Origin: Squatina squatina | Lineage: Eukaryota | DNA: 32,512 nt | Reading direction: 5' to 3' | Assembly: GCA_031763465.1 (NCBI GenBank) | Contig: JARFOE010000072.1 | Span: 211,507 to 244,018 of the forward strand | Shown here: positions 11,005 to 23,053 of the stretch, one piece after another | How the letters are laid out: each line of letters begins with the position of its first letter | Numbering within the stretch: position 1 is the stretch's first letter | The notes under the pieces: generated by a model | What the model was told of the DNA's origin: nothing | Databases searched by the model: none | The model's input: only the letters and a program-made list of their open reading frames with translations | Made by a program: the position numbers and the translations under genes

Positions 11005-11867
11005 GGGAGCTGTAATTCCCTTGAGTCGTGTCTGCGGCGCTAAATGAAAATGTTTGGGTCCTTTAGTGCCCGGCGCTGATTGGATGAAAAATCTGCTAAA
11101 TTCGGCACTTCAAATAAAAAAGGGGCGAGGTACTGTTGCAGGTGCTGAGGGGCTCATTGTGGTGCAGGCAGCTGCTCTTACTCACCCTTCAGGGAATTCC
11201 ACATGTCATTCAGCGCTAATCAGCTCCCACTCCATTGCATCCCTTAAAGGGGATGTTGGTCCTGCCTTCATCTGCTCTCTCTGCTCAGAATTTCTGCTGC
11301 TGACAACAGGAAAAGGATCCTTCAATGTCTTTGTCATCACAGTGATGTGGCCCTGGAAACGTTGGTGGGTGCAGTTGAGGCACGGAGGGGGCAGCTGTAC
11401 TCCCACTCTGGAAGAAGGTCAACCCCACCGCAGTTTCATGCTCTGTACCAAGTTATTGCTACAGATGTGTCTGGGGTAGACGTTGTCCATCACACCCCTA
11501 CCTGGTGCTGAAAGAAGTTCAAGGACCTCACTCGAATCGTCAAGGTGGCCTTGTTATTCTTGTCCATATCCTCCTCTTCTGTCTGTAAAGAGTCTTTGAT
11601 GCTGCCTGCAACCCAACATGCATGCAGCATCCATCAGTCTATACTAACTCATAGTCATTTCACTCCTTGCCTACATTGAGTGCTATTCAGTCAGGACAGG
11701 CATATGTAACTTCAATGTTGCTAACACACCTTCCTTCCATTTGCAGGGCAAGGTGGCTCACAATCGATGGCAGGAGCATCAGACTAGGAGAGGGACACCT
11801 GATATCAGATCCCCGTCCGACCTGGTGGAGAGAGTGCTGATGCTGATTGGGCTACAGGCGGTGGAGC
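11005..11867 (+). mobile_element. Decayed PIF/Harbinger-like DNA element carrying a two-exon Myb/SANT gene (copy A)
   Basis: It starts at GGGAGCTGTAATTC, exactly where the LINE homology stops, followed by a GC-rich subterminal region and then Myb/SANT exons. It is truncated by the gap at 11868. Confidence 0.65.
11341..11867 (+). pseudogene. Myb/SANT-like DNA-binding protein pseudogene (exon ~11341-11544, intron 11545-11746, exon 11747->gap)
   Basis: Exon 1: SDVALETLVGAVEARRGQLYSHSGRRSTPPQFHALYQVIATDVSGVDVVHHTPTWC*KKFKDLTRIVK|gt. The intron ends GCTAAC..CCTTCCTTCCATTTGCAG. Exon 2: GKVAHNRWQEHQTRRGTPDIRSPSDLVERVLMLIG. There is an in-frame TGA at 11509-11511. Confidence 0.75.
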
Positions 11868-14800
11868 NNNNNNNNNNNNNNNNNNNNNNNNNNNNNNNNN
11901 NNNNNNNNNNNNNNNNNNNNNNNNNNNNNNNNNNNNNNNNNNNNNNNNNNNNNNNNNNNNNNNNNNNATATATTATTTTACCTTCAATAATGAATACGTA
12001 TCCATGAAATATATGAAAAATATGAAATTAAAATATGCCCCCAATTTTTTTTTAATAATAAATAAGTAAAATGAAAAGTTCCCTTCTGTCATCCCTGCCT
12101 ACTATAGTAGCTCTGGTCAAACAGCTACCTTTTACTGTTTTAATGGGACAATTGAGAATAGTTGTTTTTTTAACACACATTTGTTTTATTAATTTTTTAT
12201 TGCACCTTTTTTCACGCTAAAATCCTTTGACACATGCCTCCATATGTTCATATTCACCATTAGGTATAGCTAATAAATATGTTGCCCGGTCAGTGACCAA
12301 GTAACCAAACAGACTCGCACTCATCCTGTGACCAAGACACCAAGTCAGGCCAATTGTAATGTAGAAGAACCTGATTGGTCATGTTGCAGCAGACAAGCTT
12401 CCTGTACGGTATGACATTGTTCTTCCTATCTGGATTTCAGATGAAAAACTCCCACCTCTTGCACATGTCTGCTGCTGTGAAGTGCAGGTTTGCATTAGCC
12501 CAGCACGAAAAGACCTGCTGAAAATCTTCGACAAGACAAATATCTCACATGAGTCAAGGCAGATCATGGAATTATTCCTACTGCTGTTAATCTCACTCAC
12601 TATGAACCCCAGGTAAAGATATTCACGTTGGGTCACCCAGACATGAACTGACTCGATTCTTCAGAACTCTTAGTGTATAAAAAGAGCTGATGGTCAGTGC
12701 TACAGATCTCCTGTGAAGAAATTGGAACACTGCGTTGCAAAAAAACAAGAAACCAGGTTCGAAATGGAACATTTGGTAAAGGACCAAGGTTAATTTTCAA
12801 CTTTATAATCATCCAAATGACAGGCCACATCAGCTATAAATGTAAAAGATATCTCCGGGGAAGTCAGCAAACAGAATTAAACTTATTACTTCAGGAAAAA
12901 TAGTTCAAAAATTCCAGAGTTCACAGAATGCATCATATCAGCTCCTGCAGACTGTGGATAAATTCATTGCAATCCTGGCGTGCTTATTAGAGTTTGCCTG
13001 AGGATAAATTAAAATGCAAACCTAATTACACTTAGTGCTGTGGCACAGCAACACTACAATAAACGGTGAAAGGATAAGTAATATGGTGCATTTGCATTGA
13101 TTATTCTTTGTATAATTTATAGAAAATTTCCTCTGAGGCACAAATCAGAGGCAAATCATGCACAGGATAAATATACAGCTCCCCTGTGGTGGAACATGAT
13201 TTAAGGTGATTGATATTTAATAGTTCATTGATAGGCTCGGTATTAGAAGGGGAAAAGAAATTAAAACNNNNNNNNNNNNNNNNNNNNNNNNNNNNNNNNN
13301 NNNNNNNNNNNNNNNNNNNNNNNNNNNNNNNNNNNNNNNNNNNNNNNNNNNNNNNNNNNNNNNNNNNTAAATTAATATCTGTCCCTTGCAGTGTTTGCAT
13401 ATTTCTATGTTAGTACTCATTTTTGGCTATAATGCTGCAAAATGGAATTTACGTGGGATTCAAAATATGTCTGCTGTCAATCAGGAAGAGGGAAAATATC
13501 TCACTTCTGGGCCAAGAGCTGCAGGCTGAAACTAATCCAATTTATTTGCAAATTATTAATTTTTTCAGGACATTAAAACTGAAATTCCTTACCTCCTCCA
13601 ATTTTCCCTATTTTCTACAATATTCAGCCCTTTATACTAAAGTCTGGTGGCATCTGAAACAGTATTCCCTAATTTTACCTTATCTATTCTTTTTAACCTC
13701 AATAGTATCTCGAAGTATGGGCAATGGCCACTTCAACTTTTAAAAACCTTCCAGAGATTTAAAAAAACTTGATACTCATTCAAAAGCAAGTAAGATGTTT
13801 CTGCTACTTTTAGTATATTAAAAATGAATAATTTCAAGTCTGTCAATTTAAGTTTCGCAAAGATTTAAAAAAAAATCTTGACACCTACTCCTCAGAAGGA
13901 TGTACTACAGATTAGTATAGGAAAATGGTTGAAAATCATTTATACTAACAACAGGAGTGTATTTCCAGAGGGAAGCTACGAGTCCTAACTTCCATCCGCA
14001 AAACAATTCAATTACAAGCTGCAAATACTCTCTGCATCCTTTCTAAAGTGTCTAAATAAATATACATCAAGGGGTTGCACTTACACTGATAGCTCCTTTC
14101 AATGAGCCAGATTAACAGTGCCCTTTACTGAAATTGATCGTCTTGCCTGAGAAATGTTCTAACCTCCAGCCAGACACTCACATGTGTGTACTTTTCCTGA
14201 GGCCAATTCATTGCTGCTGTGTAATTTTCACTGGCCTATCAATAAGTGACTTTTTTGCTGTTTGCTGTCCTTTTACTTATTACAAATGGTCAGCCATGGT
14301 CAAACGTTGACGAGCTTTAGTAGATAAAACAATCAAATTTACAGACCTGAAGGAGAAAGTGGGCATCAAGTCAGCTGCAGTCTGCCTTGGTGACATTTAA
14401 CATTCTGAGTTCTGTTGAAAGCAGATGAAAAACAAGCAATCTGTGCCCTTTCATCGAACCTTCCCTGCCAGCATTGAACAAGCTCTTTTAAATATAGTGC
14501 TATGTAAATAAGGAGCATTGGGCGGGTCTATCGCCTGCACAGACATTGACCAAAATGCAATTAGTTAAATCTGAGTAATAAAATGCAAGCAGCCTCTTTA
14601 TTGTATGTTCGTTTATAAAACAAACCTGGGGGAGGCAGTCAGCAATGAGCATCTGTGATACTGATTTCTTGTACCTCCACAGAGTATCCTATCGTTTAAA
14701 CTGATTTAAGCAGTACGTTCAATCATGATGTTTGTGCATTGTTATCCAAATGTAACAGAAGGCACACAACACATTTAACTGAGGCCACTACCAGCGCACT

Positions 14801-15277
14801 GTCTGAATTAAATGCATATACACCATATTAAGACTACCATATTCAAACATTTTTAAAAACTGTTAACAATCCTGGGGTCTCGCAGCCTTCTGTCTTAATT
14901 TTCAGGCCAATGTTCATGGAATCCCCTTCAAAAAAATGAATCCTCTTTGGAGAATTTCTTTAAGACCAGTCAAGCGCATTCTGTGACAATTTTGGACATT
15001 TCAGGAGTGACAGAAAGGTGAGGCAGATGGATGAATGGAGAGATAGAAAAGCTCACCATGGTTTGTCAATTTCAACAGGAAAGACTTTACGGCAATTCTG
15101 TGTTTCTGCATTCCTAGTGAGTGTGCCTAGAACACTCCCACCCAATTTTCCAACATACATTCTATAGATTTCTGTACTATGCACTGTTGTGGATTTAAGG
15201 CAGATCCTAATGAGGGCCAGGTGGGTTGAGGACCCTGTGCAGTCGCAGAACAACCTGGAGCTTATTTTCACACACTA

Positions 15278-15852
15278 GGGGACCGAAATTGGCCTCCTTT
15301 AATGTCCCATTAGCGCCTCCGAGGGGTGCTAATGGGATGTTAAAAAGAAATGGTGTTGGGAGGTGGCCATTTCGTCTCCCCCGAAATTCAGCTGAGGCGC
15401 AAAGGCTTTTGCGCCTGCCCGGCTGAATTTCGTGGCAGTCAGCGCGTGACGTCATCAACACACGCGCTGGCCCGCACTGCACAGCCGCATCCCGTGGGGA
15501 AATTCGTCCGCGGGAGGCGGCTGCAGCGTGGGGCGGTTGCAGTGACAGGAAAACCTGTCACTGNNNNNNNNNNNNNNNNNNNNNNNNNNNNNNNNNNNNN
15601 NNNNNNNNNNNNNNNNNNNNNNNNNNNNNNNNNNNNNNNNNNNNNNNNNNNNNNNNNNNNNNNAGTGATGATGTCATTGGAGGGGCAAACTCAATCTCGC
15701 CTGGCCGCAGAGGCGCAAAAGTTTAGCACCTAAAGTTTTACCCTAGCGAATTTTGCGGGAGGCGCAAAGCGGCGATTTAACACCTAAAGAATTTTTAACA
15801 CCCCATTAACACCTTAAGTAGACGTTAACCAAATTTTTCACCAATTTCACCC
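15278..15852. mobile_element. GC-rich MITE-like element with internal hairpin (copy 1)
   Basis: The termini GGGGACCGAAATTGG and CCAATTTCACCC are imperfect inverted repeats. There is a 17-bp-arm hairpin at 15301-15341, and the left part aligns by eye with 23054-23345. A gap at 15564-15663 lies inside, so the two ends may belong to different copies. Confidence 0.7.
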
Positions 15853-17368
15853 ACTCTGTGTTCGCATTTAGTTAGCATATATTAAGCTCTGGTAAGAATG
15901 TTCACTCACTCACTTTGAGTTTATGAAGCACTATGTTTGGAGCCTGTTGCCATAATTACCGATATACAGAAAAAAATGATTCACTGTGGATTCAATGTGA
16001 CACAACCTGCCATGTAAATAGAACTTTTCAAATGATTTACACAAGGTATGCAATGGTACATAATATATTCTCATATTTGCAAGAGATATTTGCCAACTTC
16101 CTTTCCCTTCTTTCTCCTCCCTTCCCCCAACACTAACATAATCAGTCTTTCCGTGTCGCAGTTGTAGTGTGTGGGAGACACTAAAAAAAAGTCTGAAAAA
16201 TGAGACAACTTTCTCCTGCTGGTGTTTTAATTACATATTATAAAGCATTTCTTTTCTTTTCTATATTGTCACTTTTCCTGCTTGATTCTCTTTTGTTTTC
16301 TTAATCATTCAATGGTTTTTTTGCCTCCTCACATCCTCCTTGATCCATAAGGCAGGGATGAAAATAGCATGGCATTTGTAACAGGTGCTGTCAGTGCCAC
16401 TCGCTAGTGAGTCAGCAGAGGTATGATTCAAGTGGGAAGTAAAACAAGTAATTTTAGAGCGTCCCTCAGGCCCCTACTGAAATAATTCATCACTGCGTTG
16501 TGACACACCATCAAGGTGCTGTGAAAAAAATACCCAAACCAATAGAAATAAGGGGATCTGCTGGATTGGCAGCCCTGAGACTTGAACCCATGAATCTATG
16601 GGTCAGATACTCAACTGGATTTGAAGCTAACAATTAGAAAAATTTGCAAATCCTTCTTGGATCAAATTGTAGAAATTTTAGGATCTATTCCAGCTTGTGT
16701 TTGTTCCAGTCGTACACATTGTAACAAGTTGTACAGAATTAGCCTCTGTAATTCCACTGAAGCCTCAGTGTATGGCATTTGTTTTCAATTTCATGCAGAA
16801 ATAAGTCCCATTACATGATATTTTAAAGCCCAGCCTGAATCCCAGGTAAACTTAATGGCATATTGAAGTTATAGGTGAGCCTCTCATTCATATGGACCCG
16901 CAGTTTTTATGTGCTAAAAGATGGATTGGACTTAGAATATCTGTATGATATCCTGCATAGCTAATGATGACTTTAAAATTATTTTTTCAGATTTAAAATA
17001 ATGCTTCATTTTGTACACTTGTGGTCCACAATTGAAAGATTTTTCATCGACAAAAAAAATAAAATATAAGTCACTCTTGGGCTTTCAACAGACCAAGCAG
17101 ATCATCAGTTCCCTCACGGCCACTCTGCTCCACCAAATTCTCTACAGATATGTTATGCCCTCTCCACCTCCAATCCTTCCAGTTGAAGGTGACATGATCT
17201 TTTTTTACCCACCACCTCAGTAATACTGTCCTCCCAACAAAGCATCTGGCTTCTCTCTATTCCACCAGCACCACCCTGCCCCCACCCCAATCAGAGAAGC
17301 TGTTCGGCCAGAATAATAACGTCACAAATGTAACTTTGTATTTTTCATAAGTAGATCGATCGATCGAT

Positions 17369-17598
17369 GCAGATGATACAAAAATTGGACGGGCGGTTGA
17401 TAATGAAGAGGAAAGCTGTAGACTGCAGGGAGATATCAGTGGGCTGGTCAGAACAATGGCAAATGGAATTCAACCCAGAGAAGTGCAAGAGGTAATGCAT
17501 TTGGGGAGGGCTAACATGGCAAGGGAATACACAATAAATGTTAGAACACTTAAGTGCTGAGGCCTAGAGGGACCTTGGTGTGCATGTCTACAGAACCC
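17369..17598 (+). mobile_element. CR1-type LINE reverse transcriptase fragment
   Basis: ADDTKIGRAVDNEEESCRLQGDISGLVR / QWQMEFNPEKC / VMHLGRANMAREYTIN / RDLGVHV, with frameshifts. Confidence 0.9.
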
Positions 17599-17698
17599 NN
17601 NNNNNNNNNNNNNNNNNNNNNNNNNNNNNNNNNNNNNNNNNNNNNNNNNNNNNNNNNNNNNNNNNNNNNNNNNNNNNNNNNNNNNNNNNNNNNNNNNN

Positions 17699-17807
17699 CT
17701 GAAGATCTCAAACTTGCGTGGGTCCAGGACCCTTAGGTAAGTACGTAAGGGAAATTGCAATCAGAGGCACCCGCACTCAGGAAGTCTCCAATCGCAATTT
17801 CAGGCCC
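17699..17807. mobile_element. End of a MITE-like element
   Basis: A gap-adjacent segment ends CAATTTCAGGCCC (reverse complement GGGCCTGAAATTG), similar to the termini at 15278 and 23054. Confidence 0.5.
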
Positions 17808-18159
17808 ATAGAATCCTTCAAAAAAAAGTTTGCATAACAAAATTTTAAATTCTAATTATGTTGACAATCTTTCTTTTGGGTATTAGCTTCATCTAGCAAT
17901 GCCTCAAATATGTGTAATGCCTGTGGAAAATCAATTTGATTGATCCGGTGGTCCTTCTTTCCTGATACAAAATGTGATGGTTTGGAGGTATATTTTGCTA
18001 AGGTTTTATAAACACTACTAACTAGGTAATCATATAACTTGAGTACATGCCGATATCAGTCAACGTCCATATAATTAGTCCCTGCCATGCTGTACGTCAA
18101 AGCTATTGCTGTTCATACTCCACAAATCCTACTCTCCTCACTGAACATTCTGATTGATG

Positions 18160-18575
18160 ATGGTATCCCAATGGCTTGGTTCGTAATTACACTGCCTAAG
18201 GTGGAACTGAGGTAAGAGGACCACTTTTTATCCCGAGCATTTGCTAATTTAGCTAATCTGAACCAGGACTGCAGTACATAGTTCTACGATTGCCCGTAGC
18301 ACTCTTTGCCTGGTGGAGGTCGGGGTGGGGGGTGGAGAAGGTAGGATAAAGAAGGGAAATCCACCCCAATTCCAGTTCCAAGTACTCTTCAAAAACTTTC
18401 CCTGGAAAGTGCTATATTAGGGCATCAAATAAGGGCAGCATTGNNNNNNNNNNAGTCAAATTTTCTCTGTTTAGATTTACACATTAAGAATCGTTATTTC
18501 AAAGAGGTACCAGACAATGGTTAGTATCTATGGAACGGTATCCAACAAAAGTCAGTGCCTTCCGGAAAAGGTGGG
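18160..18575 (+). mobile_element. Highly degenerate SINE-like repeat
   Basis: The start is weakly tRNA-like, and segments such as TGCTAATTTAGCTAATCTGAACCAGG and TGGAACGGTATCCAACAAAAGTCAGTGCCTTC resemble a shark interspersed repeat from memory. The family is not assignable. Confidence 0.3.
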
Positions 18576-19740
18576 AAAAACTTTAAGGGGGACAAAATCC
18601 TGATTTTATAAAATTAAAGCATCCAGAACATCTCTCAACATTTGATAGGTTGTCTCACTCACCGAAATAAGGCCAGCTTGATTCAGTCAGTAGAGTCAGA
18701 TTTAAATATCATGTAAAAATGGAGACTCGTCTCATCTTTCTGTCAGGAATCCAAATCTGAATCAACAAAAAAAAAAGAAAATTGCAGTAGGGGCAGGAAC
18801 CTCCTATGTTATTTAATCTATCTATTAAGCAGTTCATACTCAGTGCAAAATGATGGACTAGGTTTAGTTCTGGTTGAAACTCATCAAGAAGCAGGCAAGG
18901 GACTAGCTCCTAAAGCCCCAGTGATTATGTAAGGCCTGTCTTGGATGAGAGAGTCAAAATCCATATCCAGAATTCAGAACTCAAGCTCAGACGTCAACAT
19001 TGTGTGATAAACTTTAAACTTTTTTTCCAGTTGCTACAACTGCGCACACTGCGTTTAGCTTATCTGACCAATCGTGTATTTTGAAAGCAGCAAATCCAGA
19101 ACCATCCAAATCTGGCCATTTAGATAAGTACTGTATGTGCAATGATTAGGAGAAGATCCTGAATAAAATCTAATGAGCTGATGAAGGAGTTTCCAAAAGT
19201 AGCACACAACACATTTCCTTCAGTCTTGCAATAGTTTTTGAACCTGTTCATTTAGGTAAAGAAAATGTTACAGACACTGTGACTCACCATTGAGACTAGT
19301 AATACATAGCGTTCCATATGGTTAGCCATCAAAGATGCACAGTACGTCTTCAGTAAGTCTGACTGTCTGAATAAGAAGGCATAATGTTCAAAGGTCTGGA
19401 ACTTGATTTCTGAAAAAGCTGTGACACCTTACTGAGTGGCCTGTTCTTTCTTCGGTATGCATCATCACTTAACTATAGCACTAATTGGCATGAAATATAG
19501 GGGGTCTTTCCATAACTACAAGGCACCATACAGCAATACAAGAGGCTAATCGCTATTTCTGCCATTGAACCTCAGTGGGACAATTGATGCCCTTTCCTAC
19601 TTACAGAACCACTGATATTTTTTTAATGCTAGTTCAAAACTACTGTGGTAACAGTCAGGAACCAAAGATCGCCTGCAACAGGGCCACCGGAGGAGCAATT
19701 TATTGAAGACAACTATTTGACTCACCTCTGTTCCCTTGGA

Positions 19741-20280
19741 TAAATAGTAAATTATTCTACAAACATTATAATTTACAAAAGAAAAATCAGGATAGTGATA
19801 CTAAGGGGTACACAAGATAAATTCACAGATGATGACAATGAAATGGCAGAAATATTGAATAGTTGCTTTACCTCAGTATTTACCACGGAAACTGACAAGG
19901 TGGGCATAACATTAGAAGAAGGGAACAAAAATTCCACAGAGTTTGGTGCTGGAACCACTGTTGTTCACAATTTATACTAACGATTTAGGCCTTAGAATCA
20001 AAAACATAATTTCTAAATTTGCAGATGACAGCAAATTGTCAATACTGAGGAGGACTGCAACAAATAATAAACTTGCAGAATGAGCATACAGTTGGCAAAT
20101 GAAGTTCAACACAGATAAATGTGATGTATTACATTTTGGTAGGAAGAATAAGGAGGTCACTTCTTACTTGGAGAGTGCGAGTCGAGGTGGGGTAGAGGAA
20201 CAAAGGGACCTCAGTACAAATACACAAATCACTAAAAGTTGCGACACAGGTTAACAAGGCTGTAAACAAAACAAACCAAA
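19741..20280 (+). mobile_element. CR1-type LINE ORF2 remnant with a large internal deletion
   Basis: DDNEMAEILNSCFTSVFT (linker) is joined near 19940 to VLEPLLFTIYTNDLGLRIKNIISKFADDSKL (RT catalytic motif), then WQMKFNTDKCDVLHFGRKN and EQRDL. Confidence 0.9.
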
Positions 20281-20681
20281 GTGATGACTCACCTTCCCTG
20301 CTCTCGGTGATAAGCACCTACTCAAGTCAAACATTTACAGCTGACTGACAGTTAACTGCCACTGGCAGGCAGCTTCTGCTATCTACAGTTTTCAATGTTC
20401 TAGGTTTACATCAAAACATTGAACTGAATTTCACTATTTACAGCTTCTACTTACCAATACTTACCAGAAATTCCCACTCTTTCCGAATTCCCAAATAAAA
20501 CAGCCTGTTTAAGTGCACTCCATTTAATGCCGTTCTGTGTATACCGCCAGACTGTGAGAATGGGAAATGAAAACCTCGTTANNNNNNNNNNNNNNNNNNN
20601 NNNNNNNNNNNNNNNNNNNNNNNNNNNNNNNNNNNNNNNNNNNNNNNNNNNNNNNNNNNNNNNNNNNNNNNNNNNNNNNNN

Positions 20682-20810
20682 TCCCAACGAGTGTTCATAT
20701 TCCACACAAGTCGCCCGCCATTCCATCTACCTCATCTCAGCCTTTCCGCATGTCCTTCTATCACTTTTTCCCTCATGTACTCGTCTAGTTTCCTTTTGAA
20801 AGTATTTCAA
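20682..20810 (-). mobile_element. Old CR1-type LINE 3' end (tail type B)
   Basis: It aligns loosely by eye with the reverse complement of 25915-26036 (GTGTT..TCCACA...TCATCT..CCT.TC.GCAT...TTCTA). Confidence 0.5.
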
Positions 20811-20849
20811 CCAACCCTAAATTTTTCCTTATTTCCCTATTGGATTTAT

Positions 20850-21055
20850 GAACATAAGAAATAGGAGCAGACGTAGGCCATTTGGCCCCTCGAGCCTGCT
20901 CCGCCATTCAATGAGATCATGGCTGATCTGATTTTGACCTCAACTCCACTTTCCTGCCTGTTCACCATAACCTTTGACTCCCCTGTTGCTCAAAAATCTG
21001 TCCATCACAGCCTTGAATATATTCAATAACTCAGCCTCCACAGCTCTGTGAGGTA
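20850..21055 (-). mobile_element. CR1/HER1-type LINE 3' end (tail type A)
   Basis: AACATAAGAAATAGGAGCAGACGTAGGCCATTTGGCCCCTCGAGCCTGCTCCGCCATTCAATGAGATCATGGCTGATCT is the reverse complement of the characteristic elasmobranch CR1-like tail. A second copy lies at 25675. Confidence 0.85.
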
Positions 21056-23053
21056 AGCCTGGCACCTGTGGAAGTGAATCTCCAGGAAGAAATTAAATTC
21101 TTCCGGTCAGGAGATAAATCGTGATAGAAAGCTGGTGAGGGGAAAAAAAACTGCATAAAATAATCTGTCATATCTGATAGTCAGATAAACATAAGCTACT
21201 TTCATTACAAGAAAGCATCTGAACTTTTGATTCCTATCAGACCATCAAACATAGCTAATTACAGCAAATGAATAGGAAAGACTAAAGGTAGAAATTTAAC
21301 TGTGATGAAGAATACTGACTTGAATATCAATAGAAGATATTCATGTTGAAGTTCAAGAACATCTGGTCACTCTNNNNNNNNNNGAATTAAATGTGCCAGT
21401 ATTAGCTCAAATAGTGCAATATCCATGTCATGTTATCTTGCTTTGCATTAGCTGGAATACAGTAAGAGAACAAAACGTTACAATACCTGTGCGGTACGAA
21501 AGGAAAGACTACAGCTTGGTAGTATGGCAGCCAAAAACTAAAGTGATTTCTGAAAAACAAAATTGAGGATTTTTTTTCCATCAATCTTCACTCCTTGACA
21601 TTTAGGTAATGTTGCGAGAAATAATCAGGGTAATTGAAATGTTGGTAATAAGCACGCTAAAGAAATCTGACAATAGTTGCTCAAATCTCTTTAAAGTATA
21701 ATCATAGTTGTCGTACAAGTTCAACTAAATAATGCATCCATTAATAATTATCCTTCAGTAAATTCCTAATACTTTTGTTTTTGGTTGCAAATTTCTTCCA
21801 CCATCTCACCACTTGCAATATTGGGAGTATTAGAGTCAGAAACCGATCCCTTCACATTGGATTTGTCTGTGCTGTTTGTCAGACAACATAACCTTGGAAT
21901 CAAGAATGACAGGTGTGTTTCCAAGTGGCTACATGGATCACAATGATTAATGTGTTAGATATGAATGTGTTCATTGCTACATGAACATGTAACTTGAAAA
22001 ATGCTGTTGCTGTTCATTTATTTCCTGTTCCATTCCTTCTTATTCATTTCTAATACACAGGTTACTTATTTAAAACCTCCCACTGTCAAGATTTAGGCCA
22101 ATTTTAAGTCAGCAGCTGCCCCGCATGGAAGTTATACAAAATGTCATTCACAGTAAGCTCCCTCACTGATTTGAAACATACTGCTGGATCAGGCTATTAT
22201 TTCTGGATGCCATCTGATACATTCTTAACCCTTACGGGAATTCAGGAGTCACAACTGTCAGAAAACTCACTTCCCCCAAGTTTTTCCTTTCAGCATACCA
22301 TCTGCTCCTTCCTGGGTCTAAGACGAATAATAGCACATTTCACCACCGTAATATCTTCTGAAAATTAGGTATTTGTAAATTAAAATTTGCACCCTCATAG
22401 TATCAGTTTTTCTGAATAATGGAATTGATCACCAATCCTGGGAAATGCCAAATGTTGTATGGGATGTATGTGATCTAATCCCAGTTAAGTAACTCTTTCA
22501 ATAAAAATAATACAGGAAACGCTTTTAAATGCATCCAATATTTGCAATGATAGCATATCACAAAATTAATTTATTAAGAAAGCACTGTGTCATTTAGTGT
22601 GTTTATAAATATGCAAGGATATTAGTGAACAATGAATCAACTTACTCTAATCTTCTACCAATTATCAATTATGTAATGCAGAGACTCAAATGTGTATGCT
22701 CATTTTGATCACTTATTTTCCATTAATAAAAGGGAATCACCAACAATTGCCAAATAGAAAGGACTAAAGAATAAAGTTGTACAGAAAAAGTATGATAGCG
22801 GGTAAGGTACTGCAACAATATACAGTGAAAATCTGGGAAGAATATAAAACCAGAACAGTATGCCCAACACAGATGGAGATCAGATAAGACCTTTGTAATC
22901 CAGGATACTAAACAATGTATAATACTAACAGATATGATTATTTCAGGGTTCAGTTGTACAAACACTCTTGAGAATGCCAGCCTCAATCTAATCACATTGT
23001 TATATCACAAATCAGTTTGTATCACAGAACATAAAGACCTCTTTTTACACATT

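Noticed and set aside
12365-12616. About 83-codon open plus-strand frame ending near CAG|GTAAAG
   Set aside because: No start codon or convincing acceptor and no recognisable domain; this length is expected by chance.
16560-16620. B-box-like TGGGTTCAAGTCTC on the minus strand, suggesting a tRNA gene
   Set aside because: No cloverleaf; at most a decayed SINE head.
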